Shown here: one piece after another, positions 54,006-64,000 of the stretch
How positions within the stretch are numbered: position 1 is the stretch's first letter
How the letters are laid out: every line of letters starts with the position of its first letter
Source of the DNA: Octopus vulgaris
Lineage: Eukaryota
Direction of reading: 5' to 3'
Length of the DNA stretch: 64,000 nt
Assembly: GCA_951406725.2 (NCBI GenBank)
Contig: OX597826.1
Coordinates: 43,214,001-43,278,000, forward strand
Notes under the pieces: model-generated
Told to the model about the DNA's origin: nothing
What the model saw: only the letters and a program-made list of their open reading frames with translations
Databases searched by the model: none
Translations under genes and position numbers: made by a program

Positions 54006-54693
54006 TAAACTGGTTTTAGCCTTCTTTTAATAATTTTGAAACGTGAAGAACATTGAACTTTAAGTATGTGTGAAATACACACGTGTATAAAATTACAAAA
54101 GTAAATACAATATATTCATAAAATCATGTAGGAAGCATGTTAACTTGCAACTACAAAAAGAAAATGAATGAACATTTCTTGTTAGTTAAATATATTTGTA
54201 ATGTGTAATATGCGTAGTGAGGTAGTGTTGAGAGTCAAGGCAAGTACCTCACTTGAGGTAATCTACAAATAGCGTGATTAATTTTCTGTTAGATATATAT
54301 GTATTGATTCCGTTATTTGAGAGCGTAGCATAAAGGGAATTTAACTCTCATGTACACATTTCCCTTGAAGCATTTGGCTGGGCTCTAAGCATTTATCCCC
54401 TAAAGCAACACTCTTTAAATATTTAGAGCTAATGCAACTATTTTCCTTTCCTAATTTAACTGAAACTTCATAATTAAGATAAATGTTCTTTTATACAGAA
54501 CTTAGTGTAAACTAAAACTGCAGAAAGAGAAACTTCTTAAAAGAAGTCAAAGCTCCTCGTATAAATCGATAAAAAAAAAATCATTTTCCTGTTCTCAGTG
54601 TAAGTAATATTTTAATTGATTTCTTATTTGACGCACAAAACCATGAATATTAATAATATTTTGGGACAATTATATATTTTCGAGTGTATTTGT

Positions 54694-55080
54694 GGACGAA
54701 AGCACTCGGTCGGTTACGACGACGAGGGTTCCGGTTGATCCGATCAACGGAACAGCCTGCTCGTGAAATTAACGTGTAAGTGGCTGAGCACTCCACAGAC
54801 ACGTGTACTCTTAACGTAGTTCTCGGGGATATTCAGCGTGACACAGAGAGTGACAAGGCCGGCCCTTTGAAATACAGGTACAACAGAAACAGGAAGTAAG
54901 AGTGAGAGAAAGCTGTGGTGAAAGAGTACAGCAGGGATCACCACCATCCCCTGCCGGGGCCTCGTGGAGCTTTAGGTGTTTTTGCTCAATAAACACTGAC
55001 AACGCCCGGTCTGGGAATCGAAACCGCGATCCTATCACTGCGAGTCCGCTGCCCTAACCACAGGGCCATTGTACCTCCAT
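54694..55080 (-). mobile_element. SINE group 3: head A + tail X, full length
   Basis: 12-bp TSD GAGTGTATTTGT at 54682-54693 and 55081-55092. Confidence 0.92.
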
Positions 55081-55249
55081 GAGTGTATTTGTAATATTAC
55101 ATTAAATGAAATACTGAAAGGAAACCCCCTTTTGCTGCTTATACTATTTAAAATTAGGGGTCTTTTCGGCTAAATACAAAGTATTCCAGATAAATTACAC
55201 AGAAAAGGGATATAACTTTTAGAACTTAACGTCATAAATCATTTATACT

Positions 55250-56125
55250 ACGGATGTGGTGAGTTGGTTGAATGTTACAGCGTGTTATGGCTCCTTACGT
55301 TCTGAGTTCAAATTCCGCCGTGGTCATCTTTCTTCTTTCACCATTACGGGGTTGATAAAATAAATACTTGTCTAGTACTGCGGTTGGTTTAATCAACTAC
55401 CCCGTCCTAAATCTAAATTAATTAAATTATACGCGTAATATCAAATTGCTTCAACCGCAAATCGAAACCAAATCACTGAAAAAAAAACTTCTTCCAGTAA
55501 TGAAAATAGCAAATGTAAACAGATATTAGTTTGATTTTATAAAAAGTAAGGTGGCGGACTGACAAAATTGGTGGCACGCCGCACAAAAAATGTTTAGCAG
55601 CATTCCATCCGTCTTTACGTTCTGAGTTCAAATTCCGCCAAAGTCGATGTTGCTTTTTATCATTCAGTGTCGATGAAATAAGTACTAATTAAATACTGGG
55701 GTTGAGTTGGCAGAAACGTTAGCGCGCCGGCCGAAATGCTGAGCGGTATTTCGTCTGCCGTTACGCTCTGAGTTCAAATTCCGCAGAGGTCGACTTTGCC
55801 TTTCATCCTTTCGGGGTCGATAAATTAAGTATCAGTTACGTGCTGGGGTCGATATAATCGACTTAATCCCTTTATCTGTCCTTGTTTGTCCTCTCTATGT
55901 TTAGCGCCTTGTGGGCAATAAAGAAATAAGAAACGTTAGCACGTTGGATAAAATGCTATAATAGCGTTTCTTCTGTCTCTTTACGTTCTGAGTTCATATT
56001 CTGCCGAGGTCAACTTCGCTATTCTTCGTTTTGGTGTCGGTAAAAAAAAAAGTGCCACTCAACTACTGGAGTCGATCTGATCGACAAATTTCTCCCTTTT
56101 ATATTGCTGGTCTTGTTCCAAAATT
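55250..56125 (+). mobile_element. Tandem/nested group 2 SINE copies
   Basis: Four GTTC/CTCTGAGTTCA(A/T)ATTC cores; tail-to-internal junction GAAATAAG|AAACGTTAGC at ~55930. Confidence 0.88.
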
Positions 56126-56709
56126 AGAAAGGATTATAATAATAATAATTATATTTTTAATCTTTCCATCATGAACAAAGGCCAAACCGACGACCGTGAC
56201 TGGTACAAAGAAGGAAGGGAGGAAGATATCCGGGACTTTGCCGTAACAGGGCATTCAAAATGCCAAACGGTGGTGTTTAGTTGGGCGATGGGTTAAGTCC
56301 ACTACCCTTGTAGGCCATTGTAAGATTTGAACTCAGAACGCCAAAAAAGGAAAAGAAACGCCATAAGACACTCTGGCTGACGTTTTTACAACTTCACCAA
56401 TCCGCCACCTTGTATTGGTATTGATTTTTATATCGACCTCTAATGGACAAAAAGCAAACTTGATGTGGGTGGGGATTGAACTTAGACCATAGTAACTCAG
56501 CACAACCACAATGAGGTATTTTGTCCGACGGGTGTATGACGCTGCCAGTTTGCCGCTTAAATTATTGATAATTGGTATTATACAACTTGAAACTTTCAAA
56601 TTGTCAATAACTACTGCCTGACCCTTGTTCGCTTTTAACTTCCTTTGCTCTGTCGGAAGCAGTCGGATAAAACATCCATTTATAGCAACGTTACTGGCTT
56701 TCTGTGCAT

Positions 56710-56940
56710 GTGTGGACTATGATATTGAAATCAAACGGAGAATACATTCATACGTTAGACAGTAAATCGTTACATTTACAAATTAGAACAGCACATAGAC
56801 GTGGCAAGCCTTGTCTGTTAAAAGACGTCTCGACATATGTCAGATACAAAATTTGCAGTTACTACCCAAGGCTTTTGATAGAAATGTCGGTACGCTTGGT
56901 ATCAAAAGAAACGATTATTCCTGCAATCAAAGATTAACAA
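56710..56940 (+). pseudogene. Possible RTE-like RT C-terminal relic
   Basis: VDYDIEIKRRI and LSVKRRL motifs. Confidence 0.4.
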
Positions 56941-57097
56941 TTGCAATGAGCTTCTCAACTGTCAACAGTTAAATACATTATTTGAATAACGCAGAGACCA
57001 TGCATCGTTGCTATGCTTCAGTGTGTCTCTGCACGTGTCATAATGGTTTTAACGTCATTTGCAGTTTACTACGCATTGCAGTTTCTCTTATTTGTCG

Positions 57098-57215
57098 TAG
57101 GCGCAGACACGGCTGTGTGGTTAAAAAGTTCGCTTCGCAACCATGTGGATTCGGGTTTACTACTACTGCGTGGCACCTTGGGCAAGTTTTACTATAGTAA
57201 TCTATACTACATATT

Positions 57216-57259
<44 letters not shown>

Positions 57260-57630
57260 TAGATTACTATAGGTCTGGGACGATTATTACTTTGAGAGTG
57301 AATTTGGTAGATGGAAACTGTATGGAAGCCTGTTTTATATATGTATATATGTACATGTATACACACACACATACATACTTGTATGTATCTGTCTATCACC
57401 ACCTGTGTGTATTTTTGTGCCTTTGTGCTTGTCCTCACACCACTCGAACAACAAGCGTTGGTTTGTTTACGTCCCTGTAACATACCCATTTTGCAAAAAT
57501 AAATGTCGATAGTATAATTAGCAGATTGTAAAATGATTAAGTACTGGCATCTATCAATTAGTTCGACTAAATCTTTTAATGCGATGTCCCAGCATGGCTG
57601 CAGTCCAATGACTAAAGCAAGCCAAAGAAT
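57098..57630 (+). mobile_element. SINE group 1, diverged, with (TA)n insertion
   Basis: AGGCGCAGACACGGCTGTGTGG...GGCACCTTGGGCAAG...CCAGCATGGCTGCAGTC. Confidence 0.8.
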
Positions 57631-57739
57631 AAATCCCGATTAGGATTTATTGAAGCCTAAATATTGAAAAAAAAAAAAAGATTTTGTTCCTGATATTCCA
57701 TTTTAAATTGTTTTTATTATTTTGCTTATATTATTCTCT

Positions 57740-58210
57740 AATTTTGGCACAATGCCAGCAATTTCGTGGAAGGGCGTAAGTCGATTACATTGACTTCCGT
57801 CCTCAACTGGTATATCAACCCTTTTCTACTCCATGCTCAAGGCCCAACATTTTTGAGGATGGGCCAGTCGATTAGCTCGACCCCAGTACGTAACAGGTAC
57901 TCAATTTATCGATCCCGAAAAGATGAAAGATAAAGTCGACCTCGGCGGAATTTGAAGATAGAGCGTAAAGACGGACGAAATACCGCTGAACATTACGCCT
58001 GGTGTGCTAACAATTCTGTCAGCTTGCCGCTTTATCTTCCTTATGTATTGAAATCAATGCACGTCCGATAATTATAAGATACTGATATATTTTAGTGCAT
58101 CGGTCCGGGGCGGGGAGCTAGCAAGAATCGTTAGCATGTCGGACACAACATTTAGCAGTATTTCTTCTGGCCTATAACGTTCTGATTTACAATATCACCG
58201 AGGTCAACTT
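57740..58210. mobile_element. Group 2 SINE fragments
   Basis: GTCGACCTCGGCGGAATTTGAA on the minus-type copy; plus-strand head at ~58115. Confidence 0.78.
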
Positions 58211-58775
58211 TACAAGTATCTTATTGCATAGGCTATTGTTTGACCACAGGTCAGCCTGTTTAAATAGACCAATGATCAAAACATTAGCCAAAGCCTTCTC
58301 GTGTCTGTTTCTCAAACTTAGTGTATAAGACATTAAGGGGTTATTTGAGACTAATTTGGCTACTATCTCTTGCACGTCGAACGACTGAGTAGAGGGTACC
58401 TCATTGATTTGATATTGAATGGTAGGTGGCGTTCGTGAGGTGCCAATGAAACTTCATCTGCAGTTATTCGTGATCACGTGAGTGATTACACAAAAACGAC
58501 ACATCCTCTAGATAGTTTTTCGACCTACTAGAAACTGTTGCCTACTATCTTTCAAATAACGTCTTACCAACATCAGTAAAATGGGAAGCATGAGATAAGG
58601 TTGTAGTGGAAGTTCCTGAACAAGTAGGGTGGTCATAATGGGGCACATTTTATTATAAGTGTGCTCAGTCTGCGCTGACTGGAGCTAAACTTCATTATCA
58701 TCTTTATCACGATCAACATCATCAGCATCATCATTGTCGTCGTCGCCATGGTTTGCATTTAATATATGAAAAAGA

Positions 58776-58995
58776 AGGCGACGAGCTGGCAGAAACGTTA
58801 GCACGCCGGGCGAAACGCTTAGCAGTACAACGTCTGAGTTCAAATTCCGCCGAGGTCGACTTTGCCTTTCATCCTTTCGGGGTCGATTAAATAAGTACCA
58901 GTTACACACTGAGGGTATATGTAATCGATTTAATCCCTTTGTCTGTCCTTGTTTTTCTCCTCTATGTTTAGCCCCCTGTGGGTAATAAAGAAATA
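58776..58995 (+). mobile_element. SINE group 2, full length
   Basis: TSD AATATATGAAAA at 58761-58772 and 58996-59007. Confidence 0.92.
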
Positions 58996-60440
58996 AATAT
59001 ATGAAAAGGAAGTCCGTTTAGGAAGGCCTATCATCATTGCAAGCTAGCGGAAAAATCGCCTTGGTATCATTTTAACTGCGCTATGTGTAAGGTAACAGCC
59101 GTGGTTTATAGGCACGTGAATACGCATTGCTTAGTGGGTAGGGAATTTCATTCACGATCGCAAGTTCGTGGTTTCAATCCCCAGATCTAATCCGGCGTTA
59201 TGTTTTTGAGCAAAACACTTAATTTTCTGTTACTCCGTTTCGATCAGCTTGGACTCCGTTCAGCAGGAGTGTCGTGATCTCGGTTACTCATACGACATAG
59301 AAACCAGGTAACCGTTTCTATGAATCCTTGGACTCGAGATGGTACTTTTTATTAACGCAACGCAGACTAACAACCATTAACCTCTCAATCGAATGTTCAA
59401 TACCTATCGATTTAGCCAATTGTAGCTTTTGATATTGAATTATTCAAGAGAGTGCACCTATGCGATTATTTAAACGGTATTGCATGCTATTTTGATCTAA
59501 GATATTTTCTTTTAATACTAAAATATTTCAAAAAGAATTATATCGCTTTCCAGTTTTAACTATTTTATGAATATATTTGCACGAGTAGTAGTTGATTAGC
59601 CTTGACATGTGATGGGCAATTTTTTAATGTGGGTACTTTACCCGTGTACATGGTTCTTTTAATATCGTTCTTTCCCTTTCTTTTGTTTTTGCTTTTAAAG
59701 CAAACATTTTTGATTTATGGCAAAGAAAGCAATGAAGATTTTTAAGCAGATTTTATGGCGTGATTATCTGCTTCATAACTTTCTCGTGTACACCATGATT
59801 GTCTAAAAATTTTTATATAATTTTAAGTTTGATATTTAATTAATGCTTTAAATCAGATCTGCTCGTAGCTATTTAATTCAAATAAAGCTGTGATTTTATT
59901 GTTTCAAAGCAGCGAGATTAGATGGGTGAAGTGATTGCAATTCCGCATAAAATCCTGAAAACAAAAATTTAAAGATATTCATAAGCTACAAGTGATCTAA
60001 TAAATAAGATTTTTCTAATCTATCAGGTCTTATCTCACATGTAAATGTTCTTAGTTTAGTTAGGTGAAAGAGATAACAGTTTCTGTCTTTATATGCTAAA
60101 ACTATAGAGATTGTTCTAAAAGTCGAAGATTGCAGCTTTCATAACGAATATATTATGTCATGTTAAAGACATATCTGAAAGCGAACATTTATTATTATAA
60201 ATTGAAAATATGTAATCAATAGTCGTTAGTACGACAAAATATATTTTATCGAACTAACGATTATGGATTAAATATTTTTTTTCTTTCACTCTCAGAATTA
60301 TCTTCGAGTTCTTTATTCTAAATGGTTGGAAATAGCTTGTTTTGAATTTGTCGACCTCTGGAATATTATAAATTTATAAATATTGCACAAATCATGCATT
60401 CAAATGGAGCGATCCAAAGATTTTAATAACAAGTACACAT

Positions 60441-60475
<35 letters not shown>

Positions 60476-61603
60476 TGCATATGACTAAGGTAAAATACCT
60501 CATTGGATTGTTTTGTCAGCGAAATAAAATTAGGGTAGTGTCTTACTTATGCCACAGAGTGAATTGATCACCCTGGGCCTTGCTAGCTGAGGTGAATATG
60601 TTTCGATGAGAAGGTCTCATAAGACTAAAACACGTCCGGTGCTTTCTCCATTTAGCTTTAAAGGTCAAATCGACTGCATTCTGCATTCTCTAAATTGATC
60701 AAGTGTTTTTTTTTTTTTTCAGGGTTCAACTTTTGTATGTATACATATGTACGCACGCACTCGTGTGTATATATACATATACACGTGTGTGTGTATATAT
60801 ATATATATATGGGGTGGGGAATGAATTTGTACTCAACCGTAATTGAGCAAACCTCTCTCTTTATCAGGCACTAGAAAATTTATCTAAAAATCCTTTTTTT
60901 TCTCTCAAGAGTGTAGCATGTAATTTGTATAAGATGTCGCTGGTTCTTCTAGCGGGTGGATGACCTACGTAGAAGCCGCGTCGTTGACTCGAAATATTTC
61001 TATTATTCCTGGTTGTAGATTTATCGAGTTAACACAGCATTTTGTTGTGAAAGACTGAATTCTTGTAAAATAGCTTTGAATTCAGAAGGAAAAACATTTT
61101 TTTCCTTCAGAAAAATGTTATGTTGACATTTGTGCCTTTTTAAGCGATGTCAACAGCGTTAAGCAAAATAAAAATAGCCATAAAAGTCGTTGTGTGTTGA
61201 CGAGGCGTTATATAGTTTGTGTTCCTTGTCTCAGAGCTCTGGTCATAACGCTAATGAAAATGTAATCAATTTATAGGCACAGCTGAGGTGGCGAGCTGAC
61301 AGAAAGGCGACGAGCTCTCAGAATCGTTAGCATGTCAGGAAAAATCTTAGAGGCTATTCTATTCGTTCTGAGTTCAAATCCTACCGAGAATATCGATTAA
61401 TGATAATCCCACACCTCAAAACTGCTGGTCTTGTGTCAAAATTATCTATCTATTTATCTCGTATGTGTGTGTATTTTTTTTTGTTTGCCTCCACCGTACC
61501 GATTGGCAACTGGTGTTTGTTTACGTTTCCGTACTGTAGTCGATTTGCTTGACCATACTTTTAGGCGATGCTCCAGCATGGTTACAGCCCAGTGAATGGA
61601 ACT

Positions 61604-61877
61604 GAACTCGGAATCGGTAGCCCGCGCTGTTAAACATTACGTTATATGCCCGTAGGCAATTATAGAGTGAATTCTAGGGTTTATAAAGCTAATACATTTG
61701 CATACTTCCTTAACACCGGTTCCCATATTCTACACATATCTGCACTAGGTCTGCTTAGGAGGTTATTGTGTCCTAGTATACGTGCTGCTTCTTTTAGTTT
61801 TCATATTTTCCAGTGGTGTTCTCTGCCTATTAATCGCAGGTTACTAACCCCAAGATTCCGAGTTCAATTCCAGGCAG
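61604..61877 (-). mobile_element. Penelope-like element 3' fragment: GIY-YIG-like C-terminus, tRNA-like module, and inverted partial copy
   Basis: 61830-61681: IGREHHWKI*KLKEAARILGHNNLLSRPSADMCRIWEPVLRKYANVLAL*; tRNA-like 61651-61604 (-) and 61835-61877 (+). Confidence 0.65.
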
Positions 61878-61924
<47 letters not shown>

Positions 61925-61940
61925 CATCATCATTATTGTT

Positions 61941-61990
<50 letters not shown>

Positions 61991-62048
61991 CCTTATTATT
62001 ATTATCATCATTATCATTATCATCATTATTATTATTATTATTATCATC

Positions 62049-62092
<44 letters not shown>

Positions 62093-62111
62093 CATTATCA
62101 TCATTATTATT

Positions 62112-62165
<54 letters not shown>
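61878..62165. repeat. (ATT/ATC)n microsatellite
   Basis: Direct reading. Confidence 0.98.
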
Positions 62166-62166
<1 letters not shown>

Positions 62167-63293
62167 TGTTGTTGTTTAAGTGATATTATGAGAGAATGAG
62201 TAGATCTGTTGAGTCGGTAGATTGACAAAGCGGATAGAATAACTGTGTTCACAGCGTAGTAAAGTCGGCGAAATACCTGACAAAATAACTTTAAGAATTT
62301 AAATTTCTTATTTCCAGGTTTCGAATTCGACAGGCGCTTACTTTGCCTTTCAGCATTCTCGCATCAATAAAATAAGTACTCTGGTTAGGGATCGCCGATT
62401 TCGACTAATCCTGGAAATGATGTGTGCTTCTGCTTGACTTAGCTATCTCTCGAAATTCTGTGACTGATGATGCACAGGTAGGCACCAGAGACTTAGGCAT
62501 GTACCGAATTTCTTGGACGAAATACAGTTCGAAAGTTAACCACAACTTCACCAAGAACAACCTTTTCCAGATTTACTAGCTGGAAGAAAATAACAGACAT
62601 GAGTCTGGAAAACGAAAGTGTATGAACGAGAATTCTCGTAAAAGAGCTACATTTTACCTGAGGACCTTATGCAACAGTGGGCTAAAAGATGGGCGAATTT
62701 CCATATGCCTTTCAAGTAGGAGTTTGAGTGAAGCTTCACTGTTGTATACCAGACTGTACTTTTCCTCGTTGGGCTCACATCGTAGGAAAGAATTGGTTTC
62801 AGTTTTAAGGCTGTGCACGAGAAAGCAGGCAGAGATCGTGTGCACAAAGGTTGGTGCTGCAACGCATGGATAACAGAAATTCGAAGCTTGTGGTCTGGGT
62901 TATAGATGCAGATATAAAACTTTAGCACGTTGTCTACTCTGCGGCACAATATGTGCATGGCGAGCGCTGCTGCTGCTGCTGTTGTGGTTGTTAAGCAACA
63001 AGATGGGTAAGGGTGATTAGGTGATGGTCTAGGGCTTAGGGGCGGGAGACCCCAGACCTTGGAAAAAAAACTTTGGTCGTCTTGTTGTAGTCGAGGGCTC
63101 TTCGTTGACGCCCGACACCACTGGGAGGTGACCCTCGAAGTCGCTGGATATGGAGATCTCCAGGTTCAAATTCTCGGACGGCTGCTGCTGCTGCTGCTGC
63201 TACTACTACTTTGTGACATCGCTGATTATATACTGAACTCTGATTTTATGTTAGGACTAATTGTGGTTATAGGGCTAAGTGTGATGATTATAG

Positions 63294-63910
63294 GCTCAGG
63301 TGTGGCTGAGTGGCAAGAAGCTTGTTTCCCAACTACGTGGTTCCGAGTTCAGTTCCACTACGCGACACCGTGGGCAAGTGTCTTCTACTATAGCTCCGAA
63401 CCGACTAAATCCTTGTCAGTGCATGTGGGGGAGACGGATACAGAAAGAAGCCTGTCTTGTGTGTGTGTGTGTGTGTGTGTGTATCTACACCGCTTGACTG
63501 CCAGTATTAGTCTCTTCTAAGACGGCGAGCTGACAGAAATGTTAGCACGCTGGGTGAAATGCTTAGCAGTATTTCATCTGCCGCTACGTTCTGAGTTCAA
63601 ATTCCGCCGAGGTCGACTTTGCCTTTCATCCTTTCGGGGTCGATTAAATAAGTAGTAGTTACGCACTGGGGTTGATATAATCGACTTAATATGTTTGTCT
63701 GTCCTTGTTTGTCCTCTCTGTGTTTAGCCCCTTGTGGGTAGTAAAGAAATAAGTATTGGACTCTTCTCAGCAAAAAGAGATCCGATAGAGATTCGATATA
63801 CTAAGCATAGACAAAAGAAAGTAAATACTTCGGGTCGATTTGTTCAACCAATCCCTTCAACGCGGTGCTCCAGTGTGGTCGCAGTCTAATGACTGAAACA
63901 AGTAAAGATA
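63294..63910 (+). mobile_element. SINE group 1 interrupted by a full-length group 2 SINE (63521-63752)
   Basis: TSD-like AGTATTAGTCTCTTCT / AGTATTGGACTCTTCT flanking the inner SINE. Confidence 0.88.
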
Positions 63911-64000
63911 AACTATAAAAGACATGGTTCATCGATTTGCATATTTGTTTTATTTATTGAGCGACAAAAAAAAAAAGATTATAAAGTCAACCCTGATGTA

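Noticed and set aside
61801-61803. In-frame TGA in the PLE peptide as selenocysteine
   Set aside because: Falls at a position expected to be Arg; CGA>TGA CpG decay is simpler, and no SECIS was recognised
61830-62252. Poly-N/D and poly-Y/H ORFs
   Set aside because: (ATT/ATC)n microsatellite
62560-63260. GC-richer block with (CTG)n as a host exon or LINE endonuclease
   Set aside because: No long frame with recognisable motifs; only a faint resemblance to a decayed LINE 5' region, too weak to call

Overview
AT-rich eukaryotic, repeat-saturated DNA, most likely intronic or intergenic. The SINE families and the extreme (TA)n/(CA)n/(TATG)n load suggest an octopod cephalopod (inference from recalled repeat families, not a database match). 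I see no intact protein-coding gene or convincing host exon; nearly all listed ORFs are microsatellite artefacts. The window holds at least three tRNA-derived SINE groups, with shuffled head/tail modules, nested insertions with TSDs and a 184-bp concatemer. LINE relics are CR1 (x2), RTE-like and an R4/Dong-like restriction-endonuclease LINE sitting in (CATA)n. DNA-transposon relics are Tc1, mariner, DD37D/maT-like and pogo-like, plus a piggyBac-type MITE and three near-identical non-autonomous Helitrons. There is also an orphan 28S rRNA fragment and an 8-copy ~200-bp tandem array seeded inside a SINE. The most interesting signal is a dense set of probable Penelope-like-element (PLE) terminal-repeat relics carrying RNA modules: several type I hammerhead-like motifs (one with a recurring non-canonical core), a tRNA-Ile-like module directly after a GIY-YIG-like C-terminus, and a two-copy covarying motif that carries both hammerhead core strands in an unusual, possibly pseudoknotted arrangement.
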